Source of the DNA: Felis catus
Lineage: Eukaryota
Reading direction: 5' to 3'
Length of the DNA stretch: 64,000 bases
Assembly (NCBI RefSeq): GCF_018350175.1
Contig: NC_058368.1
Span: 27,964,001 to 28,028,000, forward strand
Part shown: in pieces, positions 1-12,569 of the stretch
Layout: each line of letters starts with the position of its first letter
How positions within the stretch are numbered: the first letter of the stretch is position 1
Notes under the pieces: model-generated
What the model was told of the DNA's origin: nothing
Databases searched by the model: none
Seen by the model: only the letters and a program-made list of their open reading frames with translations
Translations under genes and position numbers: made by a program

Positions 1-9
1 TCTATAAGA

Positions 10-228
10 ATAATCATCCTCTTTCTAGAGTAAGTACCATGTGCCAAACAAAGTGCTGAGCATATTACATGTTATTTAATTTCATCCTTAGTACATGGTG
101 GAGTGGGTATCATTTTCCCTGTTTTTACAATGAGTGAGAGAACCAAAGCTTAGAGACTGAATAACTCATTAGCATCATCTAGCGTGCTCCAAAATCATAC
201 ATTTAATCTCACTGTGCCCTGCTGCCTC
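10..228 (-). mobile_element. MIR SINE relic
   Basis: Degenerate antisense MIR core: gtgctgagcatattacatg...tcatcct...cctgtttttacaatgag...cttagagactgaataact. Confidence 0.65.
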
Positions 229-1811
229 CATTTATCCCAGGAAGCAATTCTTGGTCAATTTTAGTCTTAGTGACCCTCTCTTCTGAATTGCTGAACTTCC
301 TTCTGGCTGTGACACTCAACTCCAGATTTTATTACATTATGTGCTAATTTGTTGGGGCTCCCTGTAGACTCCCCTTGCCTCCCCATTTCTCCTCGTGCAG
401 TACACGAGTGATGGCTAGCACCCTTGATAGTTTGCTTACCCCCCACCATGGATGGAGAAGTGGAAAAAATGGAGCAGGAGTTCATTGGGGGAACAATCTA
501 CATGAGAAGGATGGCTGAGGGCACATCCTATAACAAATGGGGTGCCCAGTGAGGCAGTCAAGCCTTTGGAAGTATTATGATAGTTTTGTTCACATTTGCA
601 CATGTCCCAAGCAAGCTGAATAATCATAAAAGGAAGTGTTGCATCCACGGAAAAGGCAAGCAATGGGCTCCTTTGAAAATAAACAACATGCATCTTATCG
701 ATGGGATGGCATTTGGCAAAATAGAAAAACATATGCTGTGGTGGTGAGTGTTAAAATAACAAACCACAGCCCAAACCAAGCATAACAAACCAAGCAGCTT
801 GGTTTCTCTTAATTACAAGTTGTTACAGCTCTTTTCCTTTCTCGATTGTGAGCCTCGATCCTAATTGTCTCACAGACTTGTATGAGGAGGCTCTTCAGCC
901 TGTATTTACATCATCACCCATGCACCATCACATTGTCTTGCTAACCAGTTTTCCTTGCACATGCTTGCTGGGTTTGGTTTGTTTTGTGTTTTTAATTGTA
1001 TGTCCCACGGCTTAACTAACTTTTTCTTCGGATTCAATCCAAATTCCTAGCTGTGCTTCTGGTCATGAAGCCGCCCTCTCTCAAATCCTTTAGGTTGCAA
1101 TCATCAGGCTAACTTGCTTTCCCTCTCAGGCACTGTGAATGAGACTTACTCCTCTGAATCCATTTTCGGAAAAGCAGGTCAAAGTCATCAAGAATAGACT
1201 TCCTGAGTGGTGACTTTCTGTCTCGCCATTCATCACTTCCTCGTGAACAATGGGAAAATAAATTTCATGTGACTCTAGGCAGGTATCAAGCAAGATCCTC
1301 TGTTGAGTCCTGGGAGGATATAGGCAATTTTATGGAACTGGAAAAAAAAGAAATTTTCCATTTTTCAACCCTGAGATTCCTCCTTTCATTTTAAAATCGC
1401 AATTGCTTCCACTTTTATCATTTCAGTAAATCCTAGGAAATGATTCTGAGGAGTTATTTGTGTAGTTTGAAGACAGAAGAGTGCTCCAGTGAGTAAGGGA
1501 CAGAAAGGGGTGTTCCTAGTCCAACAGCAGTCTTTTCTCAGAAGTAACTCCTACCCTGTGAGTTGGATTTATTAAACCAGAGGTTATGGCATAGGAAAAA
1601 GTAATGAGCCATGTGGACCCGTTAGTTCTAAATTGCTTTCACCTAATTGTGACTCAGCTCCACAGGATGAAAAATCATCTGGCTACAGCCCATAATCAAG
1701 AGATATTCACACTACAAAAGAAAGTCTCTAAAGGGTCACCCCGGACTTGACTTGTAATTATTTCCAAAAGGCGTTTGAAAGCTCTGGCAGAGATTTTGAC
1801 TTAAAATTAGT

Positions 1812-2349
1812 TGAAGGGAAGGAAAAATTCTTCCTCTACCCTTCAAGGTCTTCCAGCTGGACTAAGAAATTTACATGAGACGGATGAACAGGAATAAAAA
1901 CTCAAGTTTTTATTATGTGCACATGGAGCCCCAATAATGAAACTGAGACCTAAAGAAATTACCAAAGCAGACAGTTTTTATGCCTTTTGGACAAATAGAC
2001 AACAGATCTGTGAGGAATTGATGAGACCAAAGTTAACATTCGGAGCTTTGATTGGTAAGGAATTCTAAACAGAATTTGGGCTGGGGTCATAACTTAGAAA
2101 AAAGTAACAAGGGTTGTTTATATAGCATTCTTGGTTTTAAATTTCCTATCTCTGGTAATAAGGATGTCTCTTTACTTCCTGGTACAGGGAGGGTACCTTT
2201 CACTTGGGAGGTTTATTTCCTGCCTACTGGAGGACAGAGGAAGATCTGAGTGTCCTTCTTGCACAGGCTGTCTCTTAAGTAACTTGTGTTTAAAATACTC
2301 AGTGTGACAAGGGGGCCCACTTTGGGGCAGTCTGTCCTTGGCCCCTACA
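1812..2349 (-). mobile_element. ERV1-class solo LTR (MER34/carnivore LTR-like)
   Basis: Minus strand begins TGTAGGGGCC and ends GGGTAGAGGAAGAATTTTTCCTTCCCTTCA (TG...CA). About 540 bp; 4-bp flanks tagt/cagt (3/4 match). Confidence 0.7.
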
Positions 2350-2961
2350 CAGTCTAATATCTTTTCTTGGTAGAATGGGCAACTGTCCTGCATCTTTGAG
2401 AAAGAGTGAACTGAGAACTAAGGTGGAATACACTGCCCTTGATTTGGCCTGTGGGGTTTCGAACAGGGCTGAGATTAACCTGCTGACATCCAGCTTCTAC
2501 AGGGCAGCACAGCTATTTGCAGATGGAGATTGACAGCCTAACTGTGCCTATCTCCATCAGAAGCCTGGCCCCGAGAACTGAGCCATCAACAGGAGCACCG
2601 CAAGGTAGTCAGAACAGCTACTGAGCAAAGGAGCCTATATGTGTTCCCTCTGTGGAGAGAGAGAGAGAGACGCTGGCTCACAACACGGCCTTCTCAGCTA
2701 CCTCCTTCTAGACAGAAAACAGCATTATCCAGTTCTTCAAGAATAAGCATAAAGCATGGGGCTGCTAAGTACAGGGGTGGGGCACCACAGACAAAATATG
2801 CCTGTTTTATTGTGCTTGAGAAGCCCATTCCAAGAAGAAATTCTGAATAGTTCAAATGTGACCCAGGCCAAAACCTAATGATAAGGGGGAAAAGGAGCTA
2901 TGCTAATTATGTTTCCAAACTCACTCTGAAAATGTTGCCTTACTTGTCGTCTAAGCTCAGC

Positions 2962-3065
2962 TTCATTCATTCATTGATGCACTCACTCATTCATTCATTT
3001 GCTCATTCACGAGCCAGGGCCTGTGCAGGGCATGGGAGATAGAATGGTGAATGAGGCATGAGATA
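2962..3065 (-). mobile_element. L2 3' end fragment
   Basis: (TTCA)n-like tail followed by gagccagggcctgtgcagggcatgggagatagaatggtgaatgag, typical of an antisense L2 3' end. Confidence 0.6.
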
Positions 3066-5058
3066 CTCACAGGCTGAAGAGGGGTGGGGGTGGGCAGGAG
3101 CTGCCTTGTTATCGAACCCACTGCCTCCTGAAGACTTCTTTTAAAATGACATCACAGCATTTGCTGTAGTTTTCTGGAAATAACTTGTTACCCAAATGAA
3201 GAAATGTTGCTGTTACTTTGGAGACTCAAGTTCAGTGGTGACACACCCTGAACAAGGGGCGTGCTAACAACTCACCCCAGTAGTTGAGGGGTACAGTCAC
3301 TCAACTGGAGGCAACTGCTTTTGGGGAAGAATCTTGATAGAAATCTCTACAAGGTTAGTTCCTCGTATCGATGGCAGAGGGGGATGGTCTTCTGACTGAG
3401 TTTATTTCCAAAGGAATCCTAGGGGAATTCACCGCAGCCCTTTGTGACTGGTGGGTGGATAAAAGAAGTAGAAAACCAGTCGGCAAGGCTCTTTCAAACC
3501 AAACAACAGGGTAGTTTGCACGTCTTGAAGTTTCTCTCGCTGTGTTACAGGATGCAAAGTACATCCACATTGCCGAAACAAGGGGCATGAGAAGGGTGTC
3601 TATTTGATGCGTGTGTCTATTTAATGTAGGTGGCTCTGCTGGATGATGGAAGCCCAGAGGGGTGGAGAGAAGGAAGGGTAGATGTTTGTGATTATATCCT
3701 AGTATCTTAAAATCAGTGTTTGATTAATGAGTTTTCTTGGTGAAAGCGATTTAACATGTTAGACCCATAAGAAGAGACCGCCAGCGATGTGATAAAGCTA
3801 AGAAAAATTATAGCAGATGACACTCCTGGGGCAAGCCCTCCTCAAAATGCCACACTCTGTGCTTTCACAAAGTCCTCACCGAAGCACATGGCAAAAGACA
3901 AGCCTCCCGTCCACAGTTGCTCTGAGTGGGAATGTGGGCCTGGAAGAAAATGGACAACGTTATGATTCTCTCAGTCATATTCTTCAGTTACAGTATTGAC
4001 TTCAACAGGCACCACAGTTTGTTTCAGTGTGGTTGAGGAAGATGGCAAGGCACAGCCGTCTCCTCTTACAAACGGTTTCTGGAAGGTTACTGGTAATGAC
4101 CCACCAGCTTCAAAGGGAGTCTGGGGAAGTGTAATTGAAGGAACTGGGTGAACTCTATGAGGCAGCTCAACCTTCCTTTCTTACAGCCCCTCACCACGTG
4201 ACTGCTCTAGGAACTGTATAATCTTTCCCTCCCTTCCCTCTGAGAGGGAGATACAGGCAGCTTCTGTGAGGTAAACTCTGTGTTGTGAGGTTTGCTGTTG
4301 TGAGGTGTGCTCTGAAATGAGAAATGCCCTGGGCTTCATTTTTTGCTCATCTCACAGAAGTGCTTAAAAAATTCAGGTGAGATTCCTCCTGCATAGATGG
4401 TGACCTTTTGACCTCCTATCTCAGGGCTCACACCTTGACAGTGTCACCCAAAACCCCACCATGTACATGTCCTCATAGTCTCTGCTTTGATCACCTTCCC
4501 CAAGTACAGGCGCACACAGCACTCCATGAGCAGCCCAGCCCCAAATCCAGGAGCGACAGTCACCCAAACCCATGCTAATGGCAGTGGGCCTCCTGGACGG
4601 CTTGAGAGAGCTCTGGACATGTTTTACTTGGGAAACCCTGGACCCCTCCTTCCCAGCTATATGAGAAGAGAAACTTAAGAAGCTGAGAAAGTTAACTTCA
4701 TGCAGAACTTCTCTGGCCTCTAGATCCTTTTTCTCTCCGTGGTCTGAGTCTGTAGGTCCAGCAAAAGCCACAGAGAGCCATGAGCAGCCCCTGGGGAGCA
4801 AGTTGGATGGAGGAGATGAGAATATCATGAAGGACCTTTGCCCTGTCGAAAGATCTAAGACGTTCTTCAGTTTAGAGGCCACATCAGTTGCATTATCACC
4901 TTCCCCATGTCAGGCAAAATGGGGAGTGACAATAGGGTAGCCTGCCTCATCTTTCCTTCAGACCCAGGAGAGTGTTTAGTCTTTGCCACCGACAAAGGAG
5001 ATTAAGACCATTGGATTAAGAGCTTTCAAAATTTAGGAGCCTTGGAAATTATTTAGTC

Positions 5059-5509
5059 TAGTGGTTTTCAAATGCTCTTTAGCTATGAAACCTTTGTTTC
5101 AGGAAACTGTTCTGGAAGCACCTTACTAAAAACAGAGGAAGACAGACATGTTCTGACTGAAGCAGGAGCAGGGCAAATTCTGGACCCCGTCTCCTTAGAC
5201 CCCAACTCGGACCCTTTAGAGTTGCATGGCCCAATATGGCAGCCACTCGCCACATGGAGCTATTTAAGTTTAAGTTAATTAAATTTAAAATTCAGTTTCT
5301 CAGTCACTCTAGCCACATGTCAAACACCCCACAGCCCCTAGGGATGAGTGACTACCAATTAGATAGCATGGATGTACAACATTTCCATCATAGCAGAAAG
5401 TTCTATTGAATAGAAGTTCAATTGAACAGCTATGCTCTAGAGTCTAGGAGATCCCTAAGGAGACTCTGGAACTTCCTGGACCCTGAGAAACACAGGTAGA
5501 AAACCACTG
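5059..5509. mobile_element. hAT-Charlie-type MITE hosting a MER3 insertion
   Basis: Terminal inverted repeats tAGTGGTTTTCa (5059-5070) and aGAAAACCACTg (5498-5509); flanks are MIR-like. Confidence 0.55.
5222..5434 (-). mobile_element. MER3 (hAT-Charlie) MITE
   Basis: Resembles the MER3 reverse complement (gccacatgg..ctattt..aaattcagtt..cagtcact.tagccacat...catttccatcat.gcagaaagttctattg). 8-bp TSD ctttagag (5214-5221) / ctctagag (5435-5442) fits the Charlie NTCTAGAN target. Confidence 0.8.
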
Positions 5510-7290
5510 GTCCTATCTAACACTTGAGCAAGAAGAAAAATGCAAAGAGGTGGTGTGGTTTGCCAGCCAGAGTCTTACCTCATAACTCCTACTCCATTTC
5601 TGTCTGTTCCCAACGTCTTACCCCACTAGTCTCTGTTGCCTCTCAGGAGTCACCAACGCCTCCCCCAAGCCTTTTTCAGACATCCCTACTATTGAAAGAG
5701 AGGGCATTCAGGTCCCAGGCATCTCTCAGGTTTAGAAATGGATTTAAAATTTTATACATGTTCAATCAGCTTTAGGCACTTAAATAGAGACATTTAAACT
5801 CACATCAGGCCCAAGCAGATGTGGAGGGAAATACTGTCAATTAGTGAGAGGCTAATTAATCTTTCTTTGCCACATGCACTCTGGCAAGATCTAGAAAGTG
5901 CTGTTTTGCTCAGAGCTGTGGGATCCTTTGCTATGGAAACAATGCATGATTATAATGTTGATTTTTTGACTTTGTTCAGAAGTTGGCAGAGGAGGGCAGA
6001 TTGTGCCAGCAGTCACCCCTGCAGTTAGAAAGGAAAGGAATTAGAAAATAGAAAGATACTTTAATTAGTGAAGCTGGGTATTTTGGATTCTCTGCTTATC
6101 ATAGGATAAGCATATTTTATTCTACGTAGCATCTTCCAATTCAGGTATTTCCAAGTGATTTCCTAATCACATTTGTTATTTCTCAGTCTAAGTATTATTA
6201 TTATTATTTCATGACACAGAGGCTTGGATGAGGAAATGACGCTTTTCAAGGGCAGAGGCATCCTACACAACATGGTAACTGGCTGTGCTTTTTGCAAGGA
6301 CTCACAACTGGCCCAGTTTTTCTACATGTTTGATAACTTCTTTCTTCCTGTCCAAATCACCCTGTGGCTGCTACAGAGAGTCCCGTGCTTACTTACAGGG
6401 AGATGCCTAAAGAGGGCCAAGCCAGAAATCAGCCAGCCAGCCAGCCAGCGGTCTCGGTAGCCATCTAAGTGTCCCGAAGTTAGGCAAGGTAAGCTTAGTG
6501 TCAGGCACTAAATTTGTACCCAGCACAAAGTTGCATCTATGCAAGTGAAGAGAACAGTTTCTAGTAATTGGCACTGACTCCTGAACTCACATTTACAATA
6601 TGGTGTGGTGTTTGTGATAGAAGAATTTACAGTGATGGGTGCTGTAAGCTTTAGCTCTCGTCACTACAATGCAACTGTTTTCTCTCATGTCAGGCCGCTA
6701 ATCTGTATGTGTTACTTCCTTGGCTTCTTTACCTCTCTCAGTAATCTTCATTCATTCATCAAAGTTCAGTTGAGGTTGCTTTTATCTGTGAATCATCTCT
6801 GACCACACTACCTTCCCGAATGATAGGCAGAGTTGGGTGCATTAGCTTCACTGTCCTTAGGGTAGCCCATACATTTCTCTGTTCAATACACACACAGTTT
6901 TGAAATTATTTGTGTAGTTTCTATTACCCCTTTGGAATATGAGCTTACCCCCTCTGAGACCCAATTTCTTTATCTATAAAACAGATCAATTTTATACTTC
7001 TTCTATACTATACTTCTATACTTCTGTAAGAGTACAGAGGTTCTTAAATGAATGGTAACTAATATTATTATATGACTAGTTGGAAGGATGGATGAATGAT
7101 ACGGAGGATGTGACATATGAGTTGTGTCATAAAAAATGGAAATTGTCAGGTAGAGATGATATCTTAATTCTAGTAACATCCTCCGTAAAGTTCGCAGCGT
7201 ATCTAAAATTGGGCACTAGTTTGTTGAAAGTCCATTATTCACTTCACTAGAGTGCCTTTATTTTGTTTATTCATTCACTTATTTAAAAAG

Positions 7291-8223
7291 TTGGAGAGGA
7301 CGGAAACCCTCTTGCACTGTTTATGGGAATGCAAACTGGTGCAGCCACTGTGGAGTACGATATGGAGGTTCCTCAAAAAGTTAAAACTTACTCTCATAGA
7401 ACTACCCTATGATCCGGTAATTGCACTCCTGGGTATTTATCCCCCAAATACAAAAACACTAATTCAAAAGGATACATGCACCCCTATATTTGCAGCAGCA
7501 TTATTTACAGTAGCCAAATTATGGAAGTAGGCCAAGTGTCCATCAATAGATGAATGAATGATGAAGAGGTTTCATATATATAAAGGAATATTTTTCAGCT
7601 ATAAAAAAGAATGCAATTCTGCCATTTGCAATGACATGGATAGAACTAGAGACTATAATGCTAAGCAAAATAAGTCAGTCAGAGAAAGACAAATACCATA
7701 TGATTTCACTCATATGTGGAATTTAAGAAAAAAATGAGCAAAGAAAAAGAAAACAGACAAACAAAGAAACAGACTCTTAAAAAATTTTTTAAGTGTATTT
7801 ACTTATTTTGAGAGAGAGAGAGAGAGAACACAAGCAGGGGAGGGGCAGAGAAAGAGAGAGAGAATTCCAGGCAGGCTCCACACCATCAGCAAAGAGCCTA
7901 ATGTGGGGCTCCAACTCACGAACATGAGACCACGACCTGAGCCAAAACCAGGAGTTGGACGCTTAACTGACTGAGCCACCCAGGCACCCCCCTGCCGCCC
8001 AAGAAACAGACTCTTAACTACAGGGAACACCTGATGGTTACCAGACAGGAGGTGTAGGAGAGGGGTTAAATAAGTAATGGGGATTAAGCAGGGTACTTGT
8101 TGTGATGAGCACTGGGTGATGTATGGAAGTGTTGAATCACTATATTATACACCTGAAACTAATATAACACTGTATGTTAACTATACTAGACTTAAACTAA
8201 AATTTTAAAAATAAAAATAAAAT
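7291..8223 (+). mobile_element. 5'-truncated older carnivore L1 (ORF2 C-terminus plus 3'UTR), interrupted by a SINE
   Basis: ORF 7252-7530 gives [15 protein letters not shown]...[15 protein letters not shown] (L1 ORF2 C-terminus); 3'UTR and A-rich tail at about 8205-8223. Confidence 0.9.
7781..8000 (-). mobile_element. CAN-SINE (SINEC) inside L1
   Basis: Reverse complement of GGGGTGCCTGGGTGGCTCAGTC head, (CT)n body and tail; 17-bp TSD aagaaacagactcttaa at 7764-7780 and 8001-8017. Confidence 0.95.
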
Positions 8224-8504
8224 GTATCCTACATATACACATAGGATTTGGGGGAGTTTTTGACAAAGGAAGGACACACAACCCTCTCTGGAAGAGTTTA
8301 AAGTCAAAGATACAGGAAATAGTTAATCCTGTAGACATTTAACTCGTAAATGCAAAGATGAAAAATATATAAAGGATATATAAAGGACATATATGATGAA
8401 TGCAGTGGGTGTTCAAAGGGTGCAGATTTCGTTCTGATTTTGATTGAGGAAATTTTCATGAAGGAGGTGTTTTGAATGGGCCTTTAAAGATAGGTACCAT
8501 TTTG

Positions 8505-9904
8505 GTTTTTGTTTTTTTTTTTTTATGAAATTTATTGACAAATTGGTTTCCATACAACACCCAGTGCTCATCCCAAAAGGTGCCCTCCTCAATACCCATC
8601 ACCCACCCTCTCCTCCCTCCCACCCCCCATCAACCCTCAGTTTGTTCTCAGTTTTTAAGAGTCTCTTATGCTTTGGCTCTCTCCCACTCTAACCTGTTTT
8701 TTTTTTTTTCCTTCCCCTCCCCCATGGGTTCCTGTTAAGTTTCTCAGGGTCCACATAAGAGTGAAACCATATGGTATCTGTCTTTCTCTGTATGGCTTAT
8801 TTCACTTAGCATCACACTCTCCAGTTCCATCCACGTTGCTACAAAAGGCCATATTTCATTTTTTCTCATTGCCACGTAATATTCCATTGTGTATATAAAC
8901 CACAATTTCTTTATCCATTCATCAGTTGATGGACATTTAGGCTCTTTCCATAATTTGGCTATTGTTGAGAGTGCTGCTATGAACATTGGGGTACAAGTGG
9001 CCCTATGCATCAGTACTCCTGTATCCCTTGGATAAATCCCTAGCAGTGCTATTGCTGGGTCATAGGGTAGGTCTATTTTTAATTTTCTGAGGAACCTCCA
9101 CAGTGCTTTCCAGAGCGGCTGCACCAATTTGCATTCCCACCAACAGTGCAAGAGGGTTCCCGTTTCTCCACATCCTCTCCAGCATCTATAGTCTCCTGAT
9201 TTGTTCATTTTGGCCACTCTGACTGGCGTGAGGTGATACCTGAGTGTGGTTTTGATTTGTATTTCCCTGATAAGGAGTGATGCTGAACATCTTTTCATGT
9301 GCCTGTTGGCCATCCGGATGTCTTCTTTAGAGAAGTGTCTATTCATGTTTTCTGCCCATTTCTTCACTGGGTTATTTGTTTTTCAGGTGTGGAGTTTGGT
9401 GAGCTCTTTATAGATTTTGGATACTAGCCCTTTGTCCGATATGTCATTTGCGAATATCTTTTCCCATTCTGTTGGTTGCCTTTTAGTTTTGTTGGTTGTT
9501 TCCTTTGCTGTGCAGAAGCTTTTTATCTTCATAAGGTCCCAGGAATTCACTTTTGCTTTTAATTCCCTTGCCTTTGGGGATGTGTCGAGTAAGAGATTGC
9601 TACGGCTGAGGTCAGAGAGGTCTTTTCCTGCTTTCTCCTCTAAGGTTTTGATGGTTTCCTGTCTCACATTGAGGTCCTTTATCCATTTTGAGTTTATTTT
9701 TGTGAATGGTGTGAGAAAGTGGTCTAGTTTCAACCTTCTGCATGTTGCTGTCCAGTTCTCCCAGCACCATTTGTTAAAGAGGCTGTCTTTTTTCCATTGG
9801 ATGTTCTTTCCTGCTTTGTCAAAGATGAATTGGCCATACGTTTGTGGGTCTAGTTCTGGGGTTTCTATTCTATTCCATTGGTCTATGTGTCTGTTTTTGT
9901 GCCA
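8505..9904 (-). mobile_element. Young felid L1 (L1_Fc-like), 5'-truncated, about 1.4 kb
   Basis: Poly(T) at about 8505-8524, G-rich 3'UTR on the minus strand, near-intact ORF2 tail; perfect 45-bp TSD at 8460-8504 and 9905-9949. Confidence 0.97.
8744..9904 (-). pseudogene. L1 ORF2p C-terminal remnant (387 codons, one in-frame stop)
   Basis: One continuous frame [14 protein letters not shown]...[15 protein letters not shown]...[18 protein letters not shown] (CCHC motif)...SLLCGP*. Single TGA at 9383-9385, plausibly CGA>TGA. Confidence 0.92.
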
Positions 9905-10094
9905 GAAGGAGGTGTTTTGAATGGGCCTTTAAAGATAGGTACCATTTTGAAGGGGTTTGGGGAAGGGCTGTCCAGTAGTGGTAGACTAGGGGCATAGGCC
10001 CGGAAGAACCATGGACAGGGCCGACTCAGGAGGCAGAAATAATTCCACCACCTATGGAGAGATCTTACACTGAGGAATTGTAAGAACTAAGATG

Positions 10095-11640
10095 CATCCA
10101 TTTATTCAACAAACACTTACTGAATTCCTGTCACATGCCAGGCACTGTTCTAAGCATGGGAAGTATAATAATAAACAAGATAGATTCCCGATTACAAGGG
10201 AAGACTGTCAAAAATAATCCCAAAAAATGTCCACTGAATAAAAAGGAAGACTAGGTTGTTAGGCCAGATTTGACTTTTCTTATTGGACTATCAAGTGATT
10301 GCTGGATGATTGAAGGCAGGAAAGAGAATCATTATAGTGGACTATAAAGGTCAAGCCTTCTGAGCTTCCATGATGTAGCTACATGTCTCCATCTGGGAGA
10401 AGAAGTGGGTCTGAAAGGGGAAGCCTTCCTATACGTCACGTGGTTATTTTCAGGGACTCAATGTAACAACTCACTTAACAGATATTTATTTAGTGTGTAC
10501 AGTGTGCCAACAGTGATTCACGCAGAGTCCTACTCTCCTGAAGCTATAGTCTGGTGAGGAAAGCCATAAAATACATAAATAAGCAAATGGATTATTTCAG
10601 TGTGGTAAGTGCTAGAAGAAAACGAGCAACATCACACAAATGAATGTAACTGGGGTTTGGAGGAAATAGGGGAAGTGCTAGTTTGAATAAGATAATCAAG
10701 GAGGGTCTCTCTGAGAAGATGGCATGTGAGCTCACATCTGAAGGTGAGAAGGTGCAGCCACATGAAAATCCAGAAAGAGAGCATTCCAGAGGGAAAGGCA
10801 ACAAGTGCATAGTGCTTAATGCTGGAACGAGTATTAGGAGCTAAGAGGGCAAAGGTCTAGCCAGCCAACTAGAGTATGTGGAATAAAATCTGTATTATAT
10901 TTTAACTCAGTGAGAAGATATTGAGAAGTTTTAGGAAAATGAAGTGAAGCACCCAGTCATGAAATTGTAGAGACTAGTAGTCCAAGAGAGAGGTGATAGA
11001 TATTAGGCTGGGGTAGCAACAGTGGGGAGAGACAGAAGTGGGCAGATTTGAGATATATTTTTGGAGAAGTGATATCAAAATAGGGTTGAGGGAAGAATTC
11101 AGTTGACTCCTGGGTCTTGGGAGAGCCTTGGGAAGATGAGGCAATAAATGCATTTGTGGGCCGAATCCCAAATGGCTTAAGACATGTTGAGTTTGAAATG
11201 CTGTAAGACAGAGACGTAGTATGTTAAGCAGGCAGCTAGCTACACAGGACTGGGGCTCAGGGGAAAGGTCAAGGATGACAGTTGGGGTTTGGATTCCATG
11301 AGCATTCAAGGGCTGTTCAAATCTATGGAATGGGTGAGATAAGTTAGGGAGAGAGTATAGATGGAGAAAAGAAGGTGGCCTAGGACCAGACCCTATACTA
11401 CTTCAAGAATGAGAGGCTGAATAAAGGAGAAAGAGCCAGCAAAGAATCTGGTGAGGAGTCTCTAGAATAGTAAGCAAAAACTCCAGAGAAGAAAGCACTT
11501 CAAGACAAAGGGAGTAACAACCACATTCAATGTTGCAAAGAAGCGATGGGAAGTAAGGACAGAAAAGGGGCTATTAGCTTTGGCAATTTGGGAGCCAGGG
11601 GTAAATCCCAGCAAGGGGAGTCTTGGGTGTGATGGTGGGG
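10095..11640 (-). mobile_element. L2 LINE relics (one or more fragments)
   Basis: catttattcaacaaacacttactga...tgccaggcactgttctaagc; aggagggtctctctgagaag..tgagct; ggcagatttgagatatattttgg; gtttgaaatgctgtaagaca. Confidence 0.7.
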
Positions 11641-12569
11641 TACCATACCAGACACTTCCATGAAGTCTCAGCATTAGGAAAAGCCCTCCCACTGCAAAAG
11701 AGCTGGATATAGCTTAGCATTGCAAACCTTGCACAAAAAACAAGAGAGAGATTCAGAAGCCAAAACACCCCAACAGGACACCAAAACAACAACTGACCTA
11801 CTGACAAATCTAGAAAAGAAAACTAACACCTCTACAATTTGCAGAATAATGCAGACCGTTCGCTTGGCCTTGAGCCTGGACATGGGGAGAGGCGAAGCAC
11901 AGACCACATCATGAGACACACGTCTTTAGTGGATGTCTTAGGAAAAAGACTGGCTTGCTTTCAACAAGGGGAGCAACAGGATATGGCTCCAGGTGGAAAG
12001 CTGAAAGGAGAAAATCCATCATCACCGTCATCATCATCATCATCTTTTTTTTTAACCATAGCCTTGCCTTCAAGTGGGCCTGAGGTTCAGATTTACATTA
12101 TCTGCATCATCAGGGAATGCACAAGTCAAGAGCATTAAATCAAACTAATTCCAGGTTAGTAGCAACCTCTACTCAGCAAGCTCAATTTCATAAATATGTT
12201 TAGAATTCTGCACATCGAAGTAAGAGAACTCGCATTGCCTTCAGGCACATCTGCAATAATTACAAAAATATAGCCCATACTGGGCCTTAAAGGAAATCTC
12301 AAAATTTTTAAGATTGTAAAAGTGTAACTCAGTCACAAAAGTAAATCAATTATATAAACAATTATGAAAATACATTTTGAATTTTAAAATGTATTTCTAT
12401 ACAACTCAGATGTAACAGAGTAAGTCATTACCGAAATATTAAAATAATGAGAATTTAACTTAAATGAAAATTCTGCACTTCAAAACTTGTGAAGTGCAAG
12501 TAAAACAAAACTCTGAGGGAAAATTATAGTCTTGAATGCTAATATTAAAAAAAAAATAAAGAAATGGCT

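Noticed and set aside
787..805. Palindrome aaaccaagc-a-gcttggttt, plus a loose inverted match between about 755-783 and 961-988
   Set aside because: Short, low-complexity arms; expected by chance in 64 kb.
4421..4882. 153-aa minus-strand ORF
   Set aside because: Non-ATG start, no recognisable domain and no supporting splice structure.
8744..9920. 207-aa, 116-aa and antisense 167-aa ORFs as host genes
   Set aside because: They are the truncated L1 ORF2 tail and its antisense frame; there is no promoter, endonuclease or RT domain.
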